Of a stretch of 64,000 nucleotides of DNA, positions 21,832 to 33,336 are shown piece by piece. A program made the translations under genes and the position numbers. This stretch comes from Nitrosopumilaceae archaeon (GTDB taxonomy: Archaea; Thermoproteota; Nitrososphaeria; Nitrososphaerales; Nitrosopumilaceae). The stretch covers positions 32,001 to 96,000 of the forward strand of contig CBDATR010000043.1 in the NCBI GenBank assembly GCA_965200155.1. The letters are read 5' to 3'. Under the pieces are notes generated by a model. It was not told the origin of the DNA and ran no database searches. It saw only the letters and a program-made list of their open reading frames with translations. Position 1 is the stretch's first letter, and the number at the start of each line of letters is the position of its first letter.

Positions 21832-23128
21832 AAGTTTGTTACATAGCTGACTTTGACAGAATACAGGTTCCCCATGTCGTAATCTACGTTGCTGCCGCGT
21901 CCACCCACTCGTTGTACTTGGCTCCCCTCATTGTGATTTCCTGTACTGTGTTATCCTATTTCTGCGCCATTAATCCGTGCCAGAATAATCGTTTGAACGG
22001 GAACCGGTTCTATGATTATCTCGATTATCCATCGCCTGTTGTACCCTTTTGCCGCCTTCCAGTACTGCTCGTTTTCGGCCTTTTCCTAATCAGAAAGGCG
22101 GAAAATGGGCGATTCCGGGCTTCCTCCAAGACTACAAGTCCCCATGAGTCGCCTCTCCTTTGGTGGAATTTAGCTGAAGTGGAATGGTTGTCCGGATTCG
22201 ATTATCCCTGTACAATTTCATGTTATCCCTGGACGTGTATGCGCCACTCGCAAGCAACTCGAGGTTGCATGCGCGCTTGTCATCATTATTCGGTAAGGGT
22301 GACACACCGTTAGTCATCGCGTTTCCGGGTGGTGGCTTATCTGTTGGTCCTGTCAGAGATGGCAACTGTTGCAATGGGTCCGGAACTTTCCAATTCCAGG
22401 GTGTGCTCCCTTTCCGGTTGTGGCTCTTCTGAATATGGACCCAGTACTGCATTGTTTAACATGCGCGTATCCCCAACCCACTCGCCGGTAACCGTAAATG
22501 CATATGCTCTCCCAGTCCGCGAGCACATGAATCGTATGAGTTCACCTGTGTCTAAATTTACGCACAACTGATCGCGACAGTTAATGTGATTTGTGCACGA
22601 TTCCGGAAGACTTGAACTCATACCATGAATCCGCGCCTCTTTTTCCATTTGGCCCTTATCCACTCACCACGATTCAAGGCCGGTCGAGTCAACAATCATT
22701 GGCCCTCGTCAGCTTTTTGTCTGTGCCGACAATCATGCCATTCCCCTTGTCGATGTCAAGATCTTTTCCGTGTCTGTAGTGGAGTAGTGCGGGGTTTGGT
22801 GCCCTTCTAGTAGTCCTGCAAGGAATCCGGATACCTGCCTGTATCTCATACCTAATGCCGTTCTCAGTGTCATGTAACATGCCCACAGCATACTGGTAGG
22901 GAGCACCCTCTTTGTTATGGTTGGCCTTTTCAATCCCATGCATGGTTAAAGCTAAATAGCCTCCCGCTGGCCGTACTTGGCATTGTCGGTGAATACCATC
23001 AAGTTTGTTTAAAAAATCTCAGATATTAATGCTTGGATCTAATGCCTGCCACTGTGTGACGGAAATGTACAAATTTTTTCTTCAATACGATTTTCCTATC
23101 GAACTTGATTGAGTTATGCAACAAACTC
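21832..23128 (-). mobile_element. IS5-family (IS903-like) element, pseudogenised
   Basis: TIR AAGTTTGTTACATAGC / GTTATGCAACAAACTC; YRQVSGFL, PHYST, DSTG, GEWIRAKWKKRRGF and YNRRWIIE remnants. Confidence 0.75.
22534..22623 (-). mobile_element. IS66-type MITE (90 bp)
   Basis: TSD CATGAATC. Confidence 0.95.
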
Positions 23129-23540
23129 AGGATATAGAAAAAGCCATAGATGATAACAAACAACAGGTCCTGGGCAGTATGCTGAAGGCTGCTCCTTTAC
23201 AGTAGGATGTGCTCCAGTCACCGGTAACCATGAATGACCTTGACCGGGTGGTTGCCGGCAACCTAGTACAAGTAAAGCGCGCATGACACAAAATACACAA
23301 TACGACTTCCGGTAATCGGCTTGTCAGAGTGACCACAGATCGCTACATGTTTACCATAAACGGCAATGATATGGAGTTCTGGTCTCCGGACAGCCCTGCA
23401 TTTCCAGAATTTGAGCATACAAACAAGCAACCAAAACACAAAGCACTGGGTCAGTTACTTGACTCTATGGGAGTATGAGTTTAACCATCCCTGAATTGTG
23501 TATAAACTGAAAGATATGGAAACTTGCACATACAGCCATT

Positions 23541-23641
23541 GTATGAGTTCACGTCTTCCGGAATCTTATGCACAAATCACATTAACTAGAACAACCTGTT
23601 CCATCAGTTATGCGTAAATTTAGACACAGGTGAACTCATAC
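23541..23641 (+). mobile_element. IS66-type MITE (101-bp variant)
   Basis: TSD CAGCCATT. Confidence 0.95.
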
Positions 23642-23870
23642 CAGCCATTATGTGATAAAACAACACTGGTCATTAAATACCTCTTACTAATTCATTGCTA
23701 GCCATGAACAACTAACCCATCATGCAATTATATGCTCAGCTGTTTCTAAACCAGAATATGGGCCATTCTTTCTAAATTCGAATTTAGAAACATTATGCCC
23801 CGACAGGGTCATTTTACGTATCAGCAAGTATCCTAACAATGTGACATGAGCAACCTGCCAAGAGGGTTTG

Positions 23871-24071
23871 CTATTGGCGTTCCTTGTACCAAAGAATAAT
23901 CAATATCACCATTCCACCCAGCCAGACTCCTATCCCGGCTGCGATGATGGGCCAAAACTCCCCCCACTCCCCGCCGAATCTCACCTCCAGAACAGCAAAC
24001 AGAACCGTAATCATACCAGCTCCCGCTATGCCCATTCCCGTGCGATTAAGCCAGCCCATAAGACTAATCAC
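23871..24071 (-). CDS. Small two-TM membrane protein
   Basis: Two hydrophobic segments and a basic C-terminus. Confidence 0.4.
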   Translation of the reverse strand: MISLMGWLNRTGMGIAGAGMITVLFAVLEVRFGGEWGEFWPIIAAGIGVWLGGMVILIILWYKERQ

Positions 24072-24194
24072 GTGTCATTCCCTATATGACATCTCGTAAA
24101 ATTTCCATACGCGGACCTAGTAATCTTGGCCAAAATCATATGGGTGTTAAGACACAAGATACATTCTAGATCGCCAAATGCCAAAACATACACG

Positions 24195-24377
24195 AAAGCT
24201 AAACCCCCCTCCGGGCATTTCACGATCGTGCACGATCCAAAATTGACCAAAAACCCAGATCAGAGGGGGGGTTTAGCTTTTACGTACAAATATGCAATGC
24301 AACCGTCAAAACATGTAGGTAGCTGGTTAGATGATGGGCCGGAGATGCAAACCCTGAACAAAAGCTAAACCCCCCCT
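24195..24377. repeat. Three copies of AAAGCTAAAC6-7T (direct, inverted, direct)
   Basis: 24195-24210 (+), 24264-24280 (-), 24361-24377 (+). Confidence 0.85.
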
Positions 24378-25348
24378 AGTTGAAGAAGCTGCTGTGATCA
24401 CGATGCCCAAAGATATTTGGTCGTACTCTTTTTCGTGCAAGACTGCCCGGTCTTGGGGGAGCAGGCCCCTCTCTATGGTAGTGGGCCGGATCCGCTCCGT
24501 ACGAGTAACAGGATATGTTCTGTATACCCAAGGCGTGGACATCCTAGTACTATGTCTGTATATGTAGTGGGCTCCAACATTGCACAACACGTCCTGGCCT
24601 CCTGCTTTGTTGGCAAGAATCAGTGCGGAGAACTGATCCGCCACGTTCTCCACAAGACCGGTATTGGTATGTTGATGTCTAATATTACATGTCCTATCTA
24701 GTATCGTATACGTTGTCAAGTCCTCTACTTCACAGACTGTATCAACAACCTCCAGACAGTCTTCATTATGTTTGTGATACAGATCAAATTCATAGCATGT
24801 GGTTACAGTCCTGAGCTCCATCTCATAGTAGGCGTTGGCCTCGCCGCACTCTCTTACCTCTATTATCATGTGGCAGGTAAAAGGTCTCGTTCAGCCAGTC
24901 TGCCTTGCTTTCTAGAAAGTTCATCCTGTAGCAATATTTTGGCATCATGTGCTGATATGTAGTTGGACCTGTACAAGGGAATAAAGCGTCCGTTGTCGTC
25001 GTCAAAGACATGTAATGGGCATCCAACATTGGTATGTACCCGTTTCGCCGATATGCGTACGCCAGTGCCTCTTCTGGTGTAAGGATGCAATATTGTACTC
25101 GTCCAGCGATTTCATGTACGGCGTGTCGTACTCTTTTGCAGTTGACGTACTGGTGTAATAGACATACATATCAAACCGTGACATGTACTCGTCCAGCATA
25201 TCTGGCCAGCTCATATGATGTGATGGGTATATCTTACAGCATCATGTACAAGTGTGATTCATGTACTACGCGCTGGCGTGAACAGGATTCATACCAAAGA
25301 TATTACGATGCAGAAGTCATAACTGGCGGTTGGCGTCTTCCTAGTTTG

Positions 25349-28300
25349 TCATACGGCTGCCTTAAAGTACTGGGTTATGTCCGGGGGATCCGGTTTTGTG
25401 TGGTCCGGCTTGAATTCTGCGGGCAGTTCGGCTATTATATGGTCTGATTCAACTCCCACATATATGAGCCGCTCTATCATTATAATTACATCTTCCTCTG
25501 ACATGTCTTTGCAGGGAAAGTTTACTATGCCACTGTCCTTGTCTGTGCGGATGTGGTAACGGTCTACAAACCAGCCCAGAGGGGTGCGACCATTTACCGT
25601 GTATGATATGTGGGGTATGTTATCAAATACCAGTATACCATTCAGATATAGTTTGGTGGTATCGGTCACTCTCTTACTACCTTTTTTCATAGTACCGAAC
25701 CTTATCTTTTCTACGGTACCGAATTTACCTTTGGGCGCTCCCAGGTTGTAGCGTGCGCAGGTTTCATAGTTGAGGTGTAGGTCGGCCAGCTTGCGGCCCA
25801 CATCCTCGAATGCCCAAAAGTCCGGGGCCATGGGGATGCGGGGCAGTTCCTTTGAGAGTGAGTTGGCGAACTTTTCCTTGTAGCCGGTATGATGGAATAA
25901 ACCATAGATGTAGTAGAAGATGTCTATTTTTGTGATATTTTCATCATGGTAGTGTTCCTGGTATTGTTCCAGTGCAGAGTCGAGTATATTCTCGCCGAAG
26001 ACGACCCTCCGTGTAGTAGAGGAATGGGAAGCATTGTCCATTGTATTGGACTTGGATGTCTGGTGTTGTATCGGTGATAAGCACTGAGAATTGCCCTTTT
26101 GGCTTATGCGTGATGATGATAGCGAGATTTTCTGCTCTCTCTCTCTCTCTCTCTCATGTGTGTATCTGCATATACGCGGAGGGGGAAGCATTGTGTGGGT
26201 GAAACTGAATTCAGATCTGGTATTGAGTCTGTTATAAGAGATGAAAATATCCCAGATGTTCCTTTATACGGAATACAAATTGAAAGGTTCTCTGAGTCAC
26301 CCTTTGGAAAGAATTTTGGAATTTGATATGGTCTATGGACAAATGCTTTTGTCTCAAAATACACATATTGTTTAAAGAAGGGTCTATACAACGCTTTTCT
26401 CAGTAAGCTCTTATCAAATACTGACTTTGTGTTTAATCGGGCAAGTTTATGGGATAACTCTTCTGTCCACTTGGCTTGACGAGGATTCAATTTCGGCTCG
26501 TCTAGATTCTGCGAGTTACAATAGTCGATATGCTTTTTCATATTTTTGACAAGTTCTGTCTTGGATGAATTATACATCCAAACATCACGACCAGTTGCTA
26601 TCCCCATAGAATATACTTTAAAGATGGCATTTTTGCTACCCTTTCTTATCTTTACCTCTTTACTTCCAATGGGCAGGTATTTTGAGAATTCTTCAATCCT
26701 CTGGTTCACCCAGTCGTGATATTTGTCTGGTTTTATAATCTGCCAGTCCTTTATTCCAGTAATAGATTTTAGGTCCCTTATAATCTTCAGTTTCTTCTCT
26801 CTTGTATGGTAATCCCCGATGTCTTTGTAATGGATGGTACAAGAGTGTTTGGCAGGGTTTTTCACTAGAATAGTAATGGCTACGGGGGCGCGGGAGCCGG
26901 AACCAAATATCTTACCGCCCTCTTTCTTGGAGGTCTCGCCTTGTGTCCTTTGGTTCCCTCTTAAATCAAAGCACCAGATATCAGTGAACTCCTCATACAA
27001 TGAGGCACGAACTCCTGATGCAGCTTCAGATTTTATGAAACTCCCGTTTGTAACAAATGCTATAACGCCAGATTCTCCTATACGATCACTGGCCCATCGA
27101 AGGGCGCGGAGGTACGAATCATAAACTGATCGGATTAACTGCTGACCTTTATTCTTCCTGACATAGGTGTCCTTTATACTCTGGTCTATTTTAGGATATG
27201 AGACATTCTGGTTCTGATCATTATAATTTGACTGACCGGCCGAGTATGGTGGATTACTCACTATAACATTAAGATTTGACTTGTACTGTTTTTGCCTGCG
27301 TTTCTTTATGTCTACAAACTGTTTATCAATTCTTGTGGATTCCTGCTTGTGATAGCCACCCTCAAGATAACGCGGGTCCATCTGGAATGTGTCGGTATAA
27401 TTCATACCCTCGAAGGAATTTTTATTCGAGGTCAAATCAACATAGGTGGACTCAATATTGACTGTCGCAATATAGAATGCCAACAAGAGCATCTCGTTTG
27501 CAAACATGTCATTCGTATATTTCTCAGTGATATGCTCTCTCGTCAGTTTGGTCTCCAGCAGACGCGCCAGAAACGTACCTGTCCCAGTAAAAGGATCAAG
27601 TATCTTGACGGTACCATCTACAAAATTTGTATCAAACTCCGATACCAGAACATCCTCTACACTGTTTATTATGAAATCTACCACCTCTATGGGGGTATAG
27701 ACTATACCATCCCTGTTTGCCCTTTTTGGATCATACTTTTTGTAGAAGGTCTCGTAGATGTTGCGGATAAACTGCTGTCGGCTTGCATTGTCTGTTATTG
27801 ATTCGGCTACGAGCTCGATTGCACTATAGTCTATAAGATGGTCTGATATACCAAGAATCATGCGCAATCTTTCGAGCTCCTGAGCTATACTATTGGTCTT
27901 GTAGAACTCATAGTCGTATACGGTTGCAAATATACGAGCAGTTACCACATGTTGGACCAGCATCCCCTTGATATCTTCCTTGGATATGGTATCGTTGAGA
28001 ATCTCCTTACAAACTAGTACAAATTTTTCCGCTTCGGCATCATATTCTGGATTGTCTGATATCTTCGATGCTATCAGATTCCGCGTATCAGATATGACCT
28101 CCCCTAGATTCTCTTCGAACTTTTTAATGGCCTCCTCATACGTGGAGAACTTATCAAATGCATTCTGCACGCGCTCATCTATGCTTATATGATCATCATC
28201 TGGGCCGGACTTTACGGCCATCACGAATGCGGCCAGTCCCCACTTCTTGGATTCGGGCTGTATTACAATGTGGCGCGTCTGCGGGTGTGTCGTCATCTTA

Positions 28301-28587
28301 TCTCGTACCGTCGTTACTATAAGTGAGTCTCCGCGTTTTGTGAATACCATACATGGCGCATCCCGGTATTCTGCCACGGTGCGGGCAATTCCGCGCCAGC
28401 CGGATTGTGCTTCCATGTATAAAATATCATACTCGTCGTTACGCGCTATAATCTCGCAGTCTATTACATCACTCATATCACCAATGTCAATTGGCTCGCG
28501 CAGTGTGTGGTATCCGTTCCGGCCCAGCATGCGTTGAACCTTTCCAAGAGTATTTGAGAATGAAATCATGCCACACCCATGCTGCAC
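25349..28587 (-). CDS. Type ISP-like N6-adenine MTase plus TRD (no helicase), split by a frameshift at a (GA)10 repeat
   Basis: GIVYTPIEVVDFI, ILDPFTGTGTF, SNPPYS, DLRGNQRTQG, YRPF; downstream ORF has DIFYYIYG...ELPRIP, the Type ISP C-terminal pattern. Confidence 0.85.
26135..26155 (-). repeat. (GA)10G microsatellite at the MTase-TRD frameshift
   Basis: (CT)10C on the + strand; both overlapping ORFs read RERERE here. Confidence 0.9.
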
Positions 28588-31500
28588 ACTATCTTGGGCC
28601 TCACGATTTCCTTGCGATAGTTGTATTTTCGCTCAAATATTACCTCCAGCGCTTGCAATACTGACTCATCATCCATGCCATCCCGGTCTACCCGCTTGCG
28701 TAGATCATTTAGGCTACGATAAGGTTGTTTGTTTGTAACCATCATTTTGGTAACAGACGGGATTAGCTTTTGCGCCCGCCTGCCAAGTGGGTTTTTCATT
28801 CGCATCAGTCGTCTTTCAAAGTATACCTGCGCCCTGGTCTTCTTTTTATTTTTGCCCTGTTCATTTTTCATGTCCCGGACAAATTTTCTATATGCCATAC
28901 TGATCAGCCCGTCATAATTGGCATTATCTGACTCCTGTGTTATATCGTGGATACTCTCACCCATCACTTTCAGGAATGACGAGGCCCTCATCCTCTGTAT
29001 CCTCTGTGCAGTTATCTCATAGTATCTGCGGAATGGCTTTTCCAGTAATTCCTTGTCATCCTGTAGTATGCGCTCAACTGCCTCGCATACCACCAAAAGA
29101 CGATTATTACCTACCGCGCATCGTATTCCCAGCGGCAGTGACTTTACGTGCTCTCTGAGTTCCGCATTGGTGTGTATCTTGTCTGCATCAATCTCCGCGG
29201 AGGTCTGTATCATGTCAAGGACTCCATCGGAATCCGCGTCCAGTACATCCTCTCTGCACAGATAGATATCCGTTACCGCGTTCTTGTCAATGACCTCGGT
29301 GGGTTCAAGGATTTTTTGATCATGCCCTATGATGCGGCGTATGGTGTCTATCTTGTTTGCCACCCTCTCCTGCAGGCGCAGCTCAGTCTCTATCTTGGTA
29401 GCTGGCAAAAAGTTGATTACGTCTATGGCTCTGTGCCTTGTTCCTATTCTGTCTATCCTTCCTATTCTTTGGATGAGCCGAACGGGGTTCCAGTGAAAGT
29501 CATAATTAATTATGGTCTTGCCCGCCTGCAAATTCACGCCTTCCGCCAGTACGTCGGTGCTGATCAATACCTGCAGCTCATCCTCTACCGGAATTGTCGC
29601 ATTATTATTCTCGGGATCAAAGCATTTCACCATGTTGTTCTTTTCTCTGGTGGATTTTTTGGAATCTATCTGATTCATGTGAAGATCTGGCAGCTTCTCG
29701 TGTAGATACTTGTAAACATACTGGGCCGTTACCAGCGACTCGGTGAATAGCAGTATCTTTTGGTCACTCCTGTCCTTGATAATATCCAGTAGCCCTTCAA
29801 GTTTATCATCATGTAGTACAAAGTCGTCCTTGTCTGGCAGTAGCCGTCCTATGCTGGCGAATACCTCAATGTCCTTTATTATGTCCGCCTTCCATGCGGC
29901 AACATCAAAGGCTTTAATGTCGTACTCGGAGGTGGGGGCGTCGATCATATCGTCATACCCATCATTGTCAGACATGATGCTCTCGTATATCGTGTCGTGA
30001 TAGTACTTGCCTATGGGGACAATGCCCTTTTTGACGAAACCCAAAAAGATCTCCGAGCCCCTCTCAAAATTTCTTACACTTGAGTGGAATGCGGCAATAC
30101 TTGACTCCATTCTTTTCAGTAGACTAGTCCTGACCATACCGGTCAGGGACATCATGCTGTTGGCAAGATTGTTGTACTTTGTATATTCGGGGTGTGTGGT
30201 GTTTCTGTATTCGTCTGTAATGTATTTTCCCGGCTGGTACCGCGCAAGTTTCAGTTGCTCGATATAATCCTGTATTCTCTCAAATGAGTCCTGGTATACG
30301 CGGTCTATATCATACTCCCGGGGGTTAACAAGATGCCGTTTGGGAAAGTACTTTCTCTGGCCATCCGGAGATTCCAGGTAGTACCGGTTTCCGTCCCTCT
30401 TTGCATGGTTCTCCTGTATATGTTTTCTAGTGCGGCGTATCAGTATGTGACGCAGGAGTTCCCTTATCTTTTCCTCGCCTTCCGGTGTAATCTTGTTGTT
30501 CTGCTCTGCCCCCTTGAAATACTCGTCCAGCGTGGTGTCGCCCAGGGATGGTATCTCGTGTATCCTGTCACCGGGGAACAGACTCAACTGATTCTTGATA
30601 TCTGTTACGCTGTTGGAGATGGGTGTGGCAGTGAGCATGATGATGCAGGATTCGTCAGGCTGCTGTTTCATGAAATCATACAGCGCCTCATAGGCATGAG
30701 TCCTGTTTCTGAAATTGTGGCTCTCATCGATTAGAATTACATCGCAGTTACTGTACTTGTTCAGGCTATGGCCTTCTTTGCCTATCTTGTATCTGGATAT
30801 TATTTCCGCGTTTACCTCGAACGCATCCATATAGCCGCTCCACATATCTACAAGTTGCGGTGGGCAAATTATCAGCGGCTTGGAGTGGTTCGTCTCCTTG
30901 AGGTACTTTAGTATCATGCTGCCTATGTAGGACTTGCCGGTTCCGACTACATCTGCTATTATCACCCCTCCGTAATTGTTTATTTTTGAAATGGCGCTGG
31001 CTACTGCCATCTTTTGAAAGTCAAAGAGTTTTGTGGTGCTGGGATGATCTATATCCACATCGTCGCTGTCGTGCTCGTTTAGGATGGCCTTGTGGTATAC
31101 GTCCTGCGGCTCCCTGTCATGAATCCAAGAACCTTTCATGATATCTGCAATTTCTTCGGTGAACTCTTCTGATTCCTCCCAATGCCGGTCGAACCACTTG
31201 AGTAGCTTTTCTGTATCTTCGTTCTGGTTTGTACGCAGGTTGAGCTCGGTATTCTCACGAATTCCAGATAATGAAAGATTACTGGAGCCCACTATGGACA
31301 TTTTTGGTAATCTCTTGTCACCTTCAAACTCAAAGATATACGCCTTGGCATGTAGTCGCTCCTTTGTGTATGCCCTGACTTGTAGCTTGCCCCTGCTTAT
31401 CAGGTCGTGCAATTTGATTATTGCCTGTCGATCAGAATCGGTCTGCTTCATGTGTGCCAGGGAATTTGCAAACTGACGGCTCACTGTAGCCCTGCCGTTC

Positions 31501-31802
31501 CTATCGTCTGTCTGCGCCCTGCGCTGCACGTCCTCCAAGGATTCGTTTATCGCGAGTAGCGCCTCGGCAGTGGGCCGGTTGGTTGTGGGTGATATAAGCA
31601 GGCGGATGACATGATTGGGATCGCTACTTGCCTCTATTCTGGCAAAGCTGTCCATGATGGGGGCAAAGCCTGTTACAAAGAAATATCCCACGGCTATGCT
31701 GACGCGGGATGTTTCTGGCAGCATGTCTTTTAACTGATCAAGTAGGAATACATTTTCGTTGTCTATGACGCTCTCATTTGACAATGACCAAGTTGCCACC
31801 AT
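28566..31802 (-). CDS. PLD-family nuclease fused to SNF2-like helicase (restriction subunit-like)
   Basis: AVGYF, LHAKAY and GSSNLS PLD motifs; ADVVGTGKS, DESHNFRN, LTATP, TDVLAEGVNLQ and QRIGRIDR helicase motifs; overlaps the MTase start. Confidence 0.9.
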   Translation of the reverse strand: MVATWSLSNESVIDNENVFLLDQLKDMLPETSRVSIAVGYFFVTGFAPIMDSFARIEASSDPNHVIRLLISPTTNRPTAEALLAINESLEDVQRRAQTDDRNGRATVSRQFANSLAHMKQTDSDRQAIIKLHDLISRGKLQVRAYTKERLHAKAYIFEFEGDKRLPKMSIVGSSNLSLSGIRENTELNLRTNQNEDTEKLLKWFDRHWEESEEFTEEIADIMKGSWIHDREPQDVYHKAILNEHDSDDVDIDHPSTTKLFDFQKMAVASAISKINNYGGVIIADVVGTGKSYIGSMILKYLKETNHSKPLIICPPQLVDMWSGYMDAFEVNAEIISRYKIGKEGHSLNKYSNCDVILIDESHNFRNRTHAYEALYDFMKQQPDESCIIMLTATPISNSVTDIKNQLSLFPGDRIHEIPSLGDTTLDEYFKGAEQNNKITPEGEEKIRELLRHILIRRTRKHIQENHAKRDGNRYYLESPDGQRKYFPKRHLVNPREYDIDRVYQDSFERIQDYIEQLKLARYQPGKYITDEYRNTTHPEYTKYNNLANSMMSLTGMVRTSLLKRMESSIAAFHSSVRNFERGSEIFLGFVKKGIVPIGKYYHDTIYESIMSDNDGYDDMIDAPTSEYDIKAFDVAAWKADIIKDIEVFASIGRLLPDKDDFVLHDDKLEGLLDIIKDRSDQKILLFTESLVTAQYVYKYLHEKLPDLHMNQIDSKKSTREKNNMVKCFDPENNNATIPVEDELQVLISTDVLAEGVNLQAGKTIINYDFHWNPVRLIQRIGRIDRIGTRHRAIDVINFLPATKIETELRLQERVANKIDTIRRIIGHDQKILEPTEVIDKNAVTDIYLCREDVLDADSDGVLDMIQTSAEIDADKIHTNAELREHVKSLPLGIRCAVGNNRLLVVCEAVERILQDDKELLEKPFRRYYEITAQRIQRMRASSFLKVMGESIHDITQESDNANYDGLISMAYRKFVRDMKNEQGKNKKKTRAQVYFERRLMRMKNPLGRRAQKLIPSVTKMMVTNKQPYRSLNDLRKRVDRDGMDDESVLQALEVIFERKYNYRKEIVRPKIVCSMGVA

Positions 31803-32609
31803 ACCAATTTATGAATTGTGTGAAGTACAGAGGTCGTCTACTTCTACAATGGTAGTATGTGGCTACTGCCAGCTGGGCCCTGCCCGGGGCGCGATACACT
31901 TGCCCATACATGAACGTCCAGAGCAGTAGTTACATTGGGAATCTACACTGTATGCGCCGTTGCCCGGAATGGTTGCCCCGAAGGCGCGGTCAGCCTGTTA
32001 TTGGTTTACAATTTACATCAGTTCATGGCAAATATGTCTACCATACAGGCAAGATTGATTGCGGGACGAATTTTGCGCTGTAAATATACTTATTAATCTT
32101 ATAATATTTAGAAATTAAAACATAATATGATTATAAGCTATTTTATTTTCATATATTTTCTATAATTAGTATATTATTACATCAAAAATAAGTTTTAGAA
32201 TATAATAGAAATTATATTTATTATATATCAAGAATTTACTAGTATAATTCGAAATCCCGGCCTACCTCCGCCGCCCATACCAGTGTACTGACCATGCAAC
32301 ACCACGAAATGGGGACACTATTCACAGAATTCGAGTCCGGCATCGAGTTATCCCGTATGACTACAGGTATGAGACAGGCAAGTCCCGAGTACTGTTCAAG
32401 ATACGGTGGCTAGGTGAGTATGCAGCATGGCAACTCATAGTATCCGCACCGCGCGACTACCCTAACCTAAACTGAAGAATAAGTCTCGTGTAGACTGGAG
32501 GTACCAGTGGAAAGGTATGTGCAATGTGTACAACTATGACCATGCATGGTCCACCCACAGTGTATAGACTCGAGTGCCATACTAATTTTCCAAGTGTTAC
32601 CGGTTGACA

Positions 32610-33196
32610 ATATAGTCAAAGCTGCGGACTATGGATTCTTCTATATAATCTTGTGCTTTGATTCGTATCCTTGTTCACCTTCATACATAAATATTAGTAG
32701 GTACTTTATTTCATTCAACGTTTTACTGGCATCGTCCTCGTCACTCAGTATGTTATCATGCGCCGCGTTGTTTCCATTATCACGTACGTTTTCGGCCAGT
32801 TCTTCATCGTCTGGGATATTCGGCCATTGTCACTCAAATAGTTTACATGTTGCCAAGAACGATCCTTTTTATTTGAACCTGAATCGATGGCAACGTACGC
32901 AAGTATATTTCGGAACATCAACATGCCGGCCGTATATGCGCCTGCAGAGAACGTGATACGCGCCTCATTATACGCGTGGGTCACATTCTCTGGTAGGTGC
33001 TTCACTGCTTCTCCTCGAAGCGGAATCGGTTTAACTTTCTAAGATCTCCAATACAACACAGAGTCTTTTCCACATTCCGGACATGAGAGCAGGTTGGGTC
33101 TGGTGATGCAGTGGTATCCCTCCTAGAGTTTAAAACCGGTCAGATATTGACTTTTTACAGACTTATTGCAGTGACCACAAATGTACTTCGCTTCAT
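32610..33196 (-). pseudogene. DUF4145 (HEPN-like) domain protein, frameshifted
   Basis: N-terminal CxxC remnants; LPENVTHAYNEA...AYTAGMLMFRNIL; R..GNNAAH in another frame. Confidence 0.65.
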
Positions 33197-33336
33197 ACCA
33201 ATACAATCATACATTATTGCTTATATACATAATGAACAGGGCAGTTATCCGTGATGTCAATCGTAAGTCATGACTAATCCACGTAATAGGTGGCAACTAT
33301 TAGTACATGTGATTGTGGCATATGCGAAACCATACT

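Noticed and set aside
23473-23533. GTATGAGTTT...CACATAC as another MITE copy
   Set aside because: Only the ends resemble the consensus; too degenerate to support
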